Origin: Balanoglossus misakiensis
Lineage: Eukaryota > Animalia > Hemichordata
Length of the DNA stretch: 64,000 nucleotides
Direction of reading: 5' to 3'
Assembly (NCBI GenBank): GCA_040954595.2
Contig: CM082582.2
Location: 2,712,303-2,776,302 of the forward strand
The translations under genes were made by a program, and so were the position numbers. The notes under the pieces are model-generated. The model saw nothing but the letters and a program-made list of their open reading frames with translations. It did not search any database and had not been told where the DNA came from. Shown here piece after piece: positions 24,661 to 38,631 of this stretch; positions within the stretch are counted from its first letter, which is position 1, and each line of letters starts with the position of its first letter.

Positions 24661-25738
24661 TTAACGTTCTTCACATTTGTCAATCAGACTGAAATTTAGG
24701 GAGGCATAAAGTAACTGTAATTTCGGGTATAGTCGTGTCGTGTCTACTATTTGATGGTTAATTTCAGGACCCCCATTGACCTAATTAATTATGTACACGC
24801 CTAATTCTAGGCTTACCAATAGATCTAGAAGTTTGGATTTTGTAGGACATAAATCAGTTTAGGATCAAAACTTTTTGACAAAATTTCTGGTATCCACAGC
24901 AGATAATCCTTGGCATTCTGTAGAAACCCTGGGAATCGCTTGGGCCCAGTGAACACTGCTTTCAGCTTTAATTCACCATGTAATCAGATGCAGACATTTT
25001 GAAAACAATGTGATTTAAATTCTAAGCAGACTTTTGTTAAAGGGTTATGATCGTCTAATGCGCATGTGCCAAAGCAGAGATTCTGGTTACAAAAACTTTA
25101 TCAATGACACAATTCTGTCTATACAACAGACAAGATGGCGGCAACCATACTCTGTGTCGTAAATTAGGAGAAAAAAACAGCAAATTGAGTGAAAAGAAGA
25201 GACAAAATGAAAGTCTTCTTTATATATATATATATATATATACATATGGTGGGCAAGAAATATGAAAGGAAGTGAAGGCAGTCCACTATTTGAATGCATG
25301 CACATAAAATTTGCAGATATTTGGATTTGATCTTATTTTGTACGCACAAAATTACACATATGTGCATAAGAGTAAGACGATTGTCTGCATTTAAAACTGT
25401 CTGACGGAGGTTATCATCAGTGCTTCCACACTGATACCATGGAAAAACTAGAAGAATTGAAAATAAGAATGAGACAAGATTTGTTGTATTCCTCTGTCTG
25501 TAATTTAGGTCTGCTTTGGGCAAATAATGCTTTGAATTTATTCTGTGTGACTGTCAGGTCCCAAATACATTAAGATAATTTCGGGAATGGCACAGACCAT
25601 GTTATTTGTAACATCAAGAAAGCTCCTTTTTTGAGAAAAATGATTTTATTTTTCCCCACATAACAATTCCCAGGAGTGACACGGGTATCAGTCTTGGTTT
25701 TCAAAATATTCACTGTTCACATTATTGTGACAACTTAC

Positions 25739-25957
25739 TTGAAAGTGGTGTCTTAGTTGTTGATTTGTTGATTGTATATTGGATGGCTGTGCTTGCACTG
25801 CTTGTTGTTGTTGTTGGGCTATCTTTGTAATTGCTTTTGTTGTTGTCTTTGTGTTATGAGTTGATTTTGTCGTGCATGTTGATCTTGCTGATTCTTCAAT
25901 TCAAGTTCTTATTTTCTGTGCCATCTCTAGATTCTCCTGCAGTGCTTGAATATTCCT
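25739..25957 (-). pseudogene. MED25: MED25-like Q-rich/coiled-coil exon with degenerate NR-box region
   Basis: AG/GTAAGT bounded, 219 nt, phase 0-0. Reads RNIQALQENLEMAQK..ELELKNQQ...TNQQLRHHFQ (compare human NPQLRSLLL, from memory). Contains compensating +1/-1 shifts and an in-frame TGA. Confidence 0.6.
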
Positions 25958-26220
25958 CTAAAAGATCAAACAAAGAAAAGTGTAAACAGTCAATCATTGT
26001 CATGTGTCAATCTACCAACAGGTAACTGACTACAGGAGCTTCAGCCAATTTTCACTTGGGAGATTATTGAAATCAATTTAAAGCTCAGTAACTCCAACTT
26101 CGGGTTATTTTCTCAATATTTTTTTGGGGTATCAACTGTGGTTTCTTGTCCCACTTATCATGGAATTAATCATATTCAAATATTTGAAGGGATTAAAAAG
26201 TACATACTGTAAAACACTTT

Positions 26221-26556
26221 AGTGCCTTTCACACGTGCCATCAACGCCGCCCCAGCAGCAGCCCTAGGGCGGCGTTAATTTGTAAGTGCCACGTGTGAAA
26301 AGGTGAGAGCGGCTTTTTGGGGGACGGTGTTGAGGGGTGGGACCTGGGTCGGGGCGCTGCACTAAACAGCGACTCAAATCACGTGTGAACATTGTGACCT
26401 TTCGCCACGCTGCTGTGGACGCGCGTAGAGGGCGATGACCCTGTCCCTTTTATACACATGTGCATGCAAAAGTATTTGAGTCACTGATAAGAAATGTTTA
26501 CCAAATTTTATAATCCCAAAAAGGGCGCCCTAACAATGGCACGTGTGCAAGCGGCT
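26221..26556. mobile_element. Harbinger-like MITE nested in a TA-MITE
   Basis: Imperfect TIRs AGTGCCTTTCACACGTGCCA / TGGCACGTGTGCAAGCGGCT with TTT/TTA flanks; it interrupts a CTGTAAAAC-family MITE. Confidence 0.5.
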
Positions 26557-28954
26557 TTAATTTTTCGCGAGCAATAAATTTTCGCCAAATACGCAAGTGC
26601 CAAAATAGTGTAAAAATAAAGTGTCACGTGAATTTTTTTGAAGATAACAATGCAGTGAATGAAATAAGAGAACGCGAAAATTTATACTCGCGAAACAGTG
26701 GCCATTCTCGATATAAGATCTGGAGTGCTGAGCAGTCTCTAACTATGTGTACTGATTGTTTGCAATAGAATACATATCGATAAGCAGGTCTTCTCCGCCC
26801 GTCAAATAGTGTTTACCCATCGTACAAATTGCCAAAATGAAGATATATCCCAATATAGGTAATTTAATGGCCTGGAAGGAACATTTTTAGTCAAAAAATA
26901 GTGCCATGCATGCAACAAGCAGGTGTGTAAAGTGTGTCACCCAGCAAGCACAAGGACGCATGAACTAACAAAATAATAACAAAACCAAACAGATTACAGG
27001 TAATATTACATATTAAGTGACACGACTTGACAATAGCCAAGTCAGGTACAAAGTGCAGAAGTTTTAATGGAGGGTTCCCATACTGATTTTATGTTCTGTG
27101 CATACATCTGTAAGTGTTGCATCAACTGAATTTTGCATCAGCAGAATTGTTGGCATGGTATATTGTAAGAAGTAAAACAGACACTTTATTTCTTTCAGGG
27201 TATTTCAACAGGCCTTTGTTATATGACATCACATTTTTAAGTGTTTGATTACCATACTACATAAGGTTGAATGTATTTTGCAAACCTGATCAGTGAACAC
27301 AGTGGGGTAAACCTCCATAGCTGCCAAAACGCACATTTTTTCATGAGTTTTCCTTTAAACTTGAATTAATGCATATAAATAGGCTTATCAAATTTTATTG
27401 TTACGGTACTTTGCAATTCGAAAGTCAGCTGGATTAAAACGGTTCTACCGTTTTTATAGGGGTCCAGTTGACCTCCATGGTGAGTAAACAAGTATTGTGG
27501 TCATGATAGTTCCAGCAGTGCAAATGTTTATCCTTTGACAACCATGCTGCCTTTCAGATGGCCAGCCCAAGAAAATAGTGGTGAATTTAAAATCGCTGCG
27601 AGAACTCCAAACATTTTCATACAAGTAATCCGTTTCCGGTTGACGACAAATTCATGCAAATACAAGGTATGTCGCTTACAGGCATATAAGTTGAAACTTT
27701 AGGGATAATTATCATTTTTTTCAAACTGTACTAGTATTAGTCCATGCAGATGTAGGCACTGAACTGTATACAAGTATTTTTAACCCTAAATATGAGTGCA
27801 TTTGCAAGTTTTAACCAGATAAATAATAAAGCTTTGCCATAAAGGAATATGGCTGCCACCGTGGGAAATGCAAGAAACAATGAAAACGTTGCATTTCTGA
27901 CTATTGAACTTCATAAACAAAACATGATCTCCTCCACTAGAACTCATGCAAGTAAATGTACACCGCTGAGACATTAGATTTTCATTTTTCATTGCAAAAT
28001 TGCACTTTTTAAAAAATACAGCAATTTTAGATTTTCTTTCATTTTTGGCCTGTTTTGTCATACATAAGTGTTGATCTTGATATATTATGAAATGTCATTT
28101 AATAGACATAATTAAAATCATATATAAGATTATTTAAAGCTTAATTTAAATGAATATTTCCTTTTTATGAAAAACTGACAATCTCGAGCAGGCAAACACC
28201 GAGACTGATTACAGTATGTAGAGGATGGGGGCGCAAATTACATCTGCATAAAGCAAGAAGAATGCTTCAACATAACTGACACATCTGTTTAAACAGCCAA
28301 TAACTGGAAGCGGATACTGCTCCCCCCCCCCCCCTCTCTGAAGTCATATTACTTGATCAAGTTTCCGAAACTCTGAGTACACGAGTCAAAATGACAATTT
28401 GTGCTTAACGTTTGTATTGGATCAGCATTTTTCTGGTATTGGAGATGGTTTCAATCACAGCCACTGGACAAAACTGGCCATGTTAATGTTTCCACAAAAT
28501 CAACAGTCGATTCAAACTGAGAAAATTTGGTCACTGGGAAAAATGTTAGTGATGTCAAAATGTTATGTTTTAGCACCTATTATCGGACTGAATGAGCGTG
28601 CTGCGTTTCATGCATTTATGATGGTTGTCTGCAAAGACCATTGGAGCATGTTTGCCAACAGGACTGTGGTCGAATCTATACTGGTACGTGTTTGTGTAAA
28701 TTGCCTATATAACAGTTGACCAGCAGGGGTAGACACCCTTTGGACAGGAATTTGAATTTTAAAGGCACACAAGCTGCAAATTTTGGGATAGTTATAATAA
28801 TTTTATCAAACAATTGAAAAGAAAAGAAATGTTTGCGTGTTGGTTGTTTACCATAACTAAAATTTTTGACATTTTCCTACGCGCTAAACAAAACTCTTTT
28901 TATGTCCTTATCAGTAGCAGTGTGGCACCATTTCCTAGATAGACAGAAGCTCAC

Positions 28955-29005
28955 CTCGTTGATAGCATTTGGGTGTATAACATTTCTCTGTTGTTGCTGG
29001 CTTAT
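28955..29005 (-). pseudogene. Candidate small exon of the MED25 copy
   Basis: 51 nt, CAG|...|GTGAGC, phase 0-0, reads ISQQQQRNVIHPNAINE. Phase-compatible with the next exon at 25957. Confidence 0.4.
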
Positions 29006-29177
29006 CTGTCAATAAGATAGGTTACATTTATCTTTAAGGGATTCATAAGTGACTTTGACATAAGACATCTTAACCCTATGACCTTTCATACAATGAGCAG
29101 TTGCCAAATTAACTTTCTCTCTGAACATTAATGTGACCAATCCAGACCGGGCACTGTTCCATTCTACTACGCAAAAC

Positions 29178-30208
29178 CACAGGGATTTATTCAGGGAACG
29201 TTTAAGTAAGAATTATATGATATAAACTGAATAAATTTGTTGTCGGTCAACTCTTCTGTCTTTGTCTTACCGATACGGTTCTAACCGGAACACTGAGGCT
29301 TCTCTGCTCATACACTACACATTATAAACAATGGATGATAAAATGCGCCCTCTTTTGGTGCACTTTTCCTACCGCCTAACCCCTCCAGCTGACCGCCTAC
29401 TTGCCTTACTAGACAAGGGAAGAAGGCCGGCTGGCCGTGATTTCGCTGGATAGCGAAATCACGGCCTGTCGCGGGTGATTTTTCAAATGAACCCCATATA
29501 TAGTTTTCAGTTGTTTTTATCATGCTGTTGACGATCAACAGTGTTGAAATTACCAACCACGAAGTCTACATTTGGAAGAAGATTTTTACATTACCGCACG
29601 AAGCTGTTGGAGCGCGCGAACCGTGATCAAAGACGTTCATTATAATTGCTAATGAGTAAACAACACGTAGTTAATCCGATGAATGACAACTGCAAAAAGG
29701 CGTGCCTCAGCTGTGGAATAAACAAGTAAATATGTTTACAAACAGGAAGAAGCCATATGGTCACTTTCGCGGTATCTGTACTGCCACAAAAGTTCACCAT
29801 TGTGTTACTACTGCTCGTGGCCAGAGGCGCGACACATTGCTCCATACTCGATCGGCTGGTTGCTTGTAGTAACGAGGACGATCATTTATGCAAGGGCATG
29901 CCCACCAAAATATATGAATATTCATGTTCATCAAGTGTCGCGAGCTTTACGCGTTGAGGCGAGCGAGCTGGCCTTCTTCCCTTGTCAAGTATAGCTAGGT
30001 AGAAGGTCAGGCGGTAGGCAGAGTTCACCAACAGAGGGCGCATTTTATCATCCATTGTTTATAATGTGTAGTGTACGAGCAGAGAAGCCTCAGTGTTCCG
30101 GATAGAACCGTATCGGTAAGACAAAGACAGAAGAGTTGACCGACAACAAATTTATTCAGTTTATATCATATAATTCTTACTTAAACGTTCCCTGAATAAA
30201 TCCCTGTG
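29178..30208. mobile_element. Non-autonomous P-element-like transposon with long TIRs
   Basis: ~200+ bp near-perfect TIRs starting CACAGGGATTTATTCAGGG; 7-bp TSD GCAAAAC at 29171-29177 and 30209-30215; CpG-rich interior without a transposase ORF. CA termini with a 7-8 bp TSD fit the P superfamily. Confidence 0.75.
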
Positions 30209-32047
30209 GCAAAACAACTAATCGCAAAGTAACCCAGGAAGGGAAATGCCTACAAAATCTACACCTATCAGTAAATTTCAGACATCAAATCTTGTAACTG
30301 CATTTGTATTTATACAATTTATTTGAATAATGCCTTTGTGGTTATCTGATGTCAATTATTTAATTGAAGAGTTGTTGTGTTGGAGTTAACTTGTGTGAAT
30401 CGCTTGCCTTTCATTCTGACAGTCAAATATATTTTGAGGAAGCAGCTCCCACCTCTAGATTGAAAATATGAATTATTTAAAATACATGTATATGAATTTC
30501 TTTTCAATGTACAACACTATATCACAAGTCATCTTTTCAGAAGAGGTGGGCCAAACCATACAGGAAACTGTGAACAATCATTCAATGCTTTGATATTTGG
30601 ACTGACAACACCACTCTTTGGCACAATATTCAATTTCAAACATTTTTGAATACTGTAAACGCATTGAATATCGCATGTATTAAATGTTGCTATTTTGCAA
30701 TTGGGGCCAGTGAGTGAGCATTTAAATATAAGAATGCAAGGTTCTCAAAAGAAATAAAAGTCACTGTTTGTTCCTTTGATTTGTGTATCATTTGATAAAC
30801 TGCAGCCATACACATTCATTGACGAGAAGTGTCAAAACATCCACAGGTCTATTCATTGAATGTGAGGTGCAAAGCTAGAAATGGAGATGTTACTAGTAGT
30901 GTAATACAAAGACAGCAAATAGCAGCCGGACTTGTTTCCTACAAAAAAATCCAGCCATGTCATGTTGCTGGAAAGTCTTTGTACTTCAATAACAATACAG
31001 TCCAATTATGAAAGGGAAAGCTATGGATATGTCCTGTTTTAAACATTTGTTTGTACTATTTTGATATTCGCCATGTTAATATCACCACAAGCTAATATCC
31101 AAACTACACACAACTGCAAGTTCACTGGCCTCAAGTCACTTATGGATGTTGACACTAATACCCATTAAAACTTCCTATCTGGGAACATGTAAATGCACAC
31201 TACAGGAAAACAAACCAATAATTCAGAACACTCTTGTGACGGTCACAGAACTTGTGAATTTATTACAAAAGCAGTCATCCTGAAAATTGAAATACACAAC
31301 CTGACGACCATCACTGATTTTACTCAGCTACTATCACTGAATGATGAACTCAAACAAAAAATTGCTTAATACGCTGTTAAAAATAACAATGCAACAAAAA
31401 ACACAAATGATCGACTCCAGTCATATATGTACATCAAGCAACATCAACTGAAAGGCTACAGGCAGTATTGTCAATACACAGGTTGTTGTTGCTATGCTCA
31501 AGGCGTCAATGAATTGGTGGTCACATTTCATTGAACAATGAATGGGCAAGTGCTCACTCACTTCTTCAGTGAATTTCACTGTTTGTTTATCTTATCATAA
31601 AAACTTGGGCACCACAGTCCTTTGGATAAAAATATTCATGTGTGGTGATTTAAAATCAGTGTTGCAAGAAGCAGAATTAATCACAGGATTAATGGCTTCT
31701 GATTGAAAAATACTAAATGCTTAATATGCCATATGCCGCACACAGAGTGATCACATTAGTCAATTGGACCGCTGTTCCGAAGGACTAAAATGATTGCAAT
31801 GTTTTAATATTATATTTATTTTACAAAACCCTTACATCTGAGCTTTACTTTAAAGTACTTCCATTTACAAGTAGTACAAGTACACATCAGTTAACATTGA
31901 CAGCTAGGCATGACGTCATAGATGTAGGACTTCAAAACTGACATTCTGAACAGTGGGGGCGCTCTATCATAGTGGGTTTTAATGAACATGTGTATTTAAT
32001 TTCATGAATCAGATATATCAATGAAAACTGTGTATTTTAACATACAC

Positions 32048-33320
32048 TTATTGGGGGCACAAGCGCCCTCAGGCGGCTTGTGCCCCCATTGTTATTGTTG
32101 GAATTTTTCTTTATTATTATTATTATTATTCTTCTTCTTCTTCTTCCGAGAAATTCGGCCAGGTAGATCTGGAAAACCGCAGCACCTAGGGGGCTGAAAC
32201 TTGGTAGGGTGATAGGGGCCAATGAGTAGACGTGCAGTGGCCCGTGAATATTTAATTAGTCATGTGACCTGGCGGCCATATTGGATTTCCTGAAAACCGT
32301 TAAATGAGTCCTTCTCAAAAACTACAAGGCCGATCGAGTTCAAATTTGGTGTGCAGGTAGCCTACCTTCTGTCCATCATTTTACCCCATTGAAATCATGA
32401 CGTCACACATAAAGTTTTTTTGCTACAATTGTTTTTCTTAAAAAATACTTAAAACTTTAAAAATCTTCTTCTCCAGAACCAGCGGTTACCGATTCTCGGG
32501 ATTTGGGATATGTGGTCACCTAACCTATGTCTATCAAGTTTGCGAAGCGCACTGTGATTGGTCGATCATTATGGCGGCCATGTTGGATTTTCGGAAAACC
32601 ATTGAAAAATGAAAATTCTGTTTTGTAGCCAAAATGTTGACAGCACGGAAATTCTTTTTTTGGATATGAGTCATCATATGACCGGAAGTTGTCACAATTT
32701 TTCGTGGCAATTTTCACATGACCTTTGACCCAGTTTTAAAAGAACTAATTATATATGCATATTCCCCATACCTCCTCTTGTAAAAGCACCACATTCAAGA
32801 ATTTTGTGGACATGGGTACCAATGCTGCCAGGACATGACACAAATATTTTGGTAATTTTGGCAATGACCTTTGACCTATTTCTGCATATCTAATTCCATG
32901 CTACCCAATAGGGCTAGAGGTCTGGTATTGGTTGGACATGGCCCAGTCTGGGGTCAAAATTTTATGCCCTAATTTTGGGTGACCTTGGGTGACCTTTGAT
33001 CTACTTTCCCATATCTCAGCATCCAGAGCAGTTAGAGCCCTGGCTGTTATGGGTATTGAGCACATAATGGAGTCTTACACAAGACCTCATTAATTATGTG
33101 CATACCTAATTGCAGGCGAACCAATAGGGCTAGGGGTCTGGTTTTTTGTTGGATCTAGACTAGTATGGGGTCCAATTTTTTTGCCCAAATTTGGGGTGAC
33201 CTCAGGTGACCTTTGACCTACTTTCCCATGTCTCGGTATCCCCAGCAGATACAGCCGTGGAATTTGCTGGTCACCATGGGAACCGCTTGTGCCCCCCCAA
33301 CGCTGCTTGCAGCTTTAATT
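32048..33320 (+). mobile_element. Helentron-type non-autonomous element (HINE/DINE-1-like architecture)
   Basis: 5' hairpin GGGGGCACAAGC...GCTTGTGCCCCC, then a (TTA)n(TTC)n microsatellite and internal repeats. The 3' end has a subterminal copy GCTTGTGCCCCCC and a GCTGCTTGCAGC stem-loop. T-rich ends, no TSD. Confidence 0.75.
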
Positions 33321-33769
33321 GTTTATGCATTTGCAGTATCTAGTCATATTACAGTAATACACCAGACATGTTCTTAACTCAATCAATGTGTGTGTGTAAG
33401 TTCAATTTCTGACCACACTCAGATTACCCAAGTCCATGTGACCAACTCTACTGCAAGTATACAGACTTGAACTCCGGAAAACTAGTCACCTACAATACTT
33501 GAACTGGAGCCACATCCAAAACTTGACTTTGAGATATTTTATCAAATCAGTGCTCCTTTTAGAATTAGAACTCCCATGCAATTTTTGTGACAGAATAAAT
33601 AAAGAGATTCCCAGAAAGAACCTCCCAGTTCCCTTTTTAGAGGTCCAACCTTACCATAGAAAACAACGGGTTCGGACTGTACCATGGTGGTGAAATGGTT
33701 AAGCCAGAGCATGTATCAAAATACAGTAAAACCTGTCTCAACCAAAACCTGTCTATTACAAGGACATTG

Positions 33770-34890
33770 TTCAAACTCCTAGGTTCACTTTTGTTTAATC
33801 GCAACACCTGGTCCAGAGCAGTGCAAACATTGGCTAATCAAGCCAGCAAGGTGTTGTCTCTACTCTCAGTTGCCAGGTGGAAACTAGGGTATATGCCATT
33901 TGAATGTCACTTCAAGGTGTTTGATGCCATGATCTTACCCATTCTTTGTTATGGATCGGAGACTTGAGTTTTATGACATCATAGAAAAAGTGCAAAGAAC
34001 ATGGTGCAGAATTTTTCTAGGTGTGCCAAGGAGCACTACCAATGAAGCTGTAATTGGAGAATGTGGGCGGTTGCCAGTGTATGTTCACACAATGAAACGT
34101 TGTATTCGTTACTGGGTGAAACTTATAGAGATGCAACAGGAAAGACTCCCTAGGCAAGCATATTTAATGCTACATACGTAATCTTGACTGTTTAGGCCGT
34201 CACACTTGGGCAACATCGGTGAAACACATTTTATTTTCGCCTGGATTTCTCAGGAAATAGGCGATAAGTGTTTGTTCCTTTCAGCATTTGAGACAAGAAT
34301 TTCAGATATTTTGAAGCAACAATGGAAATCACACTGTCCGTCCAAAACCAAACTCCGTACATACACACATTTTAAATCATTGTTACAGCCTGAAAAGAAG
34401 TTAATGTCAACTGTACACGTAATGTCAAAGACATTTTTGCATGTTTTCGCTGTTCTGCCCTTCCTCTTGCAATAAAGGAGGGAAGAGATCAGAACGTGGA
34501 CGTTTCAGAGAGACACTGTAGGCTATGCTCTGGTGAACAAATAGAAGACGAGTATCACTTTTTACTTGTTTGCCCCGTATATGTCTTAGAAAACAATATA
34601 TTGGTTACACTAAAATTCCCCACATTCAAATGTTTGTTAATATCATGAGCGCATCAGAATCCTCAAGTATTTATGTTTACAATGCCTTTAAACTTAAAGA
34701 AAATGTGTTAAAAAACTTAATCTGCTAAGTTCCTCACTTTGTATCCCGAGTACGTACTTCCACACAGGTGCTGCTTGATGTTGTCATTTGTATTATTTGA
34801 GTACATGTATTATTTATTTCATTTTCGTACAAAATTCTGATTACCTTTATGCCCTCTTACCTATGGGCTGGAGGCCTTGACAATCAATTA
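33770..34890 (+). mobile_element. 5'-truncated, degenerate LINE (L2/CR1 group, Daphne/Crack-like) ORF2 C-terminus and 3' UTR
   Basis: Frameshifted peptides FDAMILPILCYGSE, IEKVQRTWCRIFLGVPRSTTNEAVIGECGRLP and KLRTYTHFK, and a C-terminal zinc knuckle CRLC...EDEYHFLLVCP. Confidence 0.85.
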
Positions 34891-34934
34891 ACGTGCACTG
34901 TTGTGCACCTGAACAATGAACAACAAATCAATCA

Positions 34935-35275
34935 CACATTCTCACTGAATCGAAAGCTGTATATGACACGAGCGCTGATTCAGATTGGATGAAAAAGCTA
35001 AATGTTATCCTATGATACAGAAACTACAACGTGCCAGATGACAGTTCAAGAGTCATTTATTTAATGTTTTAAAACGAATTTGGCTAATTTGTGGCCGTGT
35101 GAGAAATATAATCTCACACACCAAGGACCTGGGATCATATTTCTCACACTCGTCAGGGATATTTTGTCCCACACTCGCCTGCAGCTTGTTTGGGACAGAA
35201 AATCCTCAACACATGTGAGAAATATGATCCCAAGTCCTTGGGAGTGTGAGATTCTATTAGTCTCACAACCTTAGG
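34935..35275 (-). mobile_element. Palindromic hairpin element, family B (older copy)
   Basis: Reverse-complement match to ~54453-54815; ~140 bp palindrome centred near 35180. Confidence 0.7.
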
Positions 35276-35547
35276 ACCTGGTATAAGATTTCTCAGACGA
35301 GTTGGGGATATTTTTAGCTCGTGTTAGACAAGCCAAAATATCCCTGATGAGTGTAAGAAATTGCGTTAAGTACACGGTGATCCCATTCACGGATAATACA
35401 AGAAAAAAGTCTACACCGGAGTACATATACAGACAGACACACACACACACACACATCAAGAGATCAACAGGCAAACATTGGCTGACCCATAAGCTGCCAA
35501 TGGCATGTGTACTGTACACACACCAAATAGAACAGCTGGTCTCTTTA

Positions 35548-37233
35548 GGGAGCCGTCATTATTTATGGCCTGGGGGGGGGGGGGGGGGTCGGAGGAATCA
35601 AGGGGGGGGGGGGTTCTCAAAAATTGGAAGGCTGCAGGGGGGGGGGGTTTCTCAAAAATTGTAGATGAAGAGGGGGGTCACTCATTTTTGGGAAATGTAT
35701 CAAAGTTTTTCAACTGAAAGATTTAGTTGTGTGCTGTGCAAGTGCTGCAGCGCTCCGCGACCTCTGGCCGCGGAACACCAGAGTGTCCACACTGCACTAT
35801 CAAAGTATTTTTCCCAAAATGTGCTGATAAAGGATTGGCATGCTTGCCTGATCATGCATAAAAAACATTACTCCTTATTATATCAACAAAGTTTGATAAT
35901 CATTTTGACTTTTAACGATGCCTGTCCAAATTACACAATGCTACTTGATGGTTACTGGTTATGGGTGAGCTTTTACGGTAATCATTATTTAGTTGTGACT
36001 TTGAGATTGTTTTGTTGTTTCACCCTTTTCAATCCATCATGATGCAACTGATGATCACCTACAATGTAGCAGGGTGAACCTGGAGTAGGAAGGTCTTTTA
36101 CTACACTACTGTAATAGTGAACACCTATTGCCTGGCCATGAGGGCCATAGCGGCCGTTTATTACACCCGAGGGGCTGTGAGTTACCAGAATCATATGCTA
36201 TTTCCCGAGGCCGCAGGCCGAGGGAAATAGCATATGAATCTGGTAACTTACAGTCACGAGGGGGTAAAAACGGCTGCTATGGCCCGAATATAGGCCAGGC
36301 TATAGGTGTTTTATTATAAACCTCATCCTAACAGTTGGGAAAATCTTGCAATTTTCTCTTGAGGCTGGCAGGACGACATCTTCAGCGGTGGCCATTGTGT
36401 CAGACGACGCGACGCTGATTGACGTGACCACGTTGGTCACGTGACCGGTTTATATTTTTTCTGCTATTTCCCTAGCGGTTCATAGTCGATTCTATTTTCC
36501 TATCACGTGACGGATTCTGGCGAATCACGGCACAGTATTAGCATGAGGTATATTATAATGATTTTTATCATTATAATAGTGCGCAGACTCGGTCACGTCA
36601 ATCGGTGTCGCGTCGTCTGACACAATGGCCACCGCTGAAGATGTCGTCTGCCAACCTCAAGAGAAAATTGCAAGATTTTCCCAGCTGTTAGCATGAGGTT
36701 TATTATAAAACACCTATAGCCTGGCCTATATTCGGGCCATAGCAGCCGTTTTTACCCCCTCGTGACTGTGAGTTACCAGAATCATATGCTACTGTAATAG
36801 TGAACACCTATTGCCTGGCCATGAGGGCCATAGCGGCCGTTTATTACACCCGAGGGGCTGTGAGTTACCAGAATCATATGCTATTTCCCGAGGCCGCAGG
36901 CCGAGGGAAATAGCATATGAATCTGGTAACTTACAGTCACGAGGGGGTAAAAACGGCTGCTATGGCATATGATTCTGGTAACTCACAACCCCTCGGGTGT
37001 AATAAACGGCCGCTATGGCCCTCATGGCCAGGCAATAGGTGTTCAATACAGATACATGTATTGATATGTAGTTGTTCCGGTTTTAGGGGGGGGCCAGTCG
37101 AAATTTCTGTGTTGGAAGGGGGGGTTTCTCAAAATCTGCATGCTTGGCAGGGGGGGGTTTCTCAAAATTTTGGAGTTTCTAGTGTAATTCCTCCGACCCC
37201 CCCCCCCCCAGGCCGTAAATAATGACGGCTCCC
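35548..37233. mobile_element. PIF/Harbinger-type non-autonomous element carrying nested hairpin elements
   Basis: TIRs GGGAGCCGTCATTATTTA..GGCCTGGGGG / CCCCCAGGCC.TAAATAATGACGGCTCCC; TTA TSD at 35545-35547 and 37234-37236. A paralogous empty site (reverse strand of ~50400-50435) supports a 3-bp duplication. Confidence 0.85.
36117..37045. mobile_element. Rearranged cluster of family A hairpin elements (full copy plus inverted copy with internal templated duplication)
   Basis: 36117-36558 matches 11757-12193. ~36570-37045 is an inverted copy whose central hairpin is replaced by a duplicate of ~36106-36282. Confidence 0.8.
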
Positions 37234-37467
37234 TTAACAGTTAGCCAGTTATGTAAACATGCAGTTACCAATCACTGTTATTATTGACAAATTGCATCCA
37301 AGTCCAGACCCAGGCTTGAATACAATGTTTAAACATAACAACATTGCTTACCCTGCTTCATCGAGCTGAACAAGAAATTATGGTTGATAACCAGAATAAT
37401 ACTGAATAAAAATTCAAAAGTTACAGATACAGGACCTTTCGTTGCCCAAATATTGTGCTGGTCTTAC

Positions 37468-37584
37468 CTGTACAATCTCAATTGACCAATCAATATCCCA
37501 CAGCACAAGTGCAATAAAAAGAGCCTGCTGTATTCACACACTGGCCTTCACAAAGATCTGCTCTCTCCATACATTCATTGACAT
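37468..37584 (-). pseudogene. Calcium-binding EGF-like domain exon with two in-frame TGA codons
   Basis: 117 nt, phase 1-1, TTTCAG|...|GTAAGA. Reads DVNECMERADLCEGQCVNTAGSFYCTCAVGY*LVN*DCT; all six Cys and the DxNEC / CxNxxGSFxCxC consensus are present. Confidence 0.9.
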
Positions 37585-38631
37585 CTGAAATCAAAGATAG
37601 TGTATTATTTTTAATTTTATTATTATTGATTTCCTACCAAATGTAATAACATACATCTCAGTGAATTTTCTACAGAAAATAATAAAATTAGAAAACAAGT
37701 GAAAGCTTAAAGGATAATAAATTACACTTGAAACACGAAACAAACCAAAAAGTTCTGAAAGACAGTCCCTATAAACCAAAAAAGCAATGGAATAAAATAG
37801 ATAGTGCTGAATAAAAAGGTGAGTCATTAAACCCCTTTGAAAACTGTCAATAATAGATCCAGCATAGCAGATAGAAGGTGCACAAACACTGAATCCTGTT
37901 TAGCCATATGCCTTGTTAAGTTTTGAAATGATCATTCATGGTGATGAGTTATCGACAATATACCAGTTAAAAAATTACTGTACCCCTCGGAGAAGCATTT
38001 TGTAATGTTTTCAAAATGAGATGAAAACTATATGAATTTTCTAAGTGTATATTTATTCTTTGCAGAGGTAATTTATTTAGCCATAGGTTGATAAATTATG
38101 TTAATTTGATTGAGTTATGCATATAAGTAGTGAAAATACTTGTGCATGAATATATCAGACAGTCTTATGGTATCGTGTGAGGTTGATGACACATATTCTT
38201 AACCACATATTTCTTGATCAATTAATTGTTTTTACACCAAAGTCCTCAATATCTATGGCGATCTCTTCCTAGGAATTTTAACACTCTCTATCATTCTCAT
38301 TTTAACAAAATCCCCTGAAACTCATGTACCCTGTCAGCAAAACTTTGTCTGATTTTTAAAATACAGAGTACTTTTTCACACTTGCAAACAAATTTTCAAA
38401 GATAAGTTTTCACATTTGTTAATTTGTTTATATTATGCATAATTATAATTGGAAAACTTCTGAGATACAATCTCAACAAACATGTGTTCAGTACGAGTGT
38501 GCGCTTGATTTCAAATTTTAAAATGTGTGCAATGGATAGACAGGATGTGTGTTTAGCTGATTGTAACCATAGCAATATACAATCCCCAAACAGTGTAGCC
38601 ACAGAAGAGATCAATATCCACAGTTACATAC

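Noticed and set aside
23320-24688. Idea that the Kolobok element interrupts the MED25 terminal exon (LIDKCEER...)
   Set aside because: That frame has several stops and the wrong phase. A better in-phase acceptor at 23279 places the element in the intron.
35571-35650. Poly-G tracts as functional G-quadruplex elements
   Set aside because: They are part of the MITE subterminal sequence, and homopolymer lengths are error-prone; there is no independent support.
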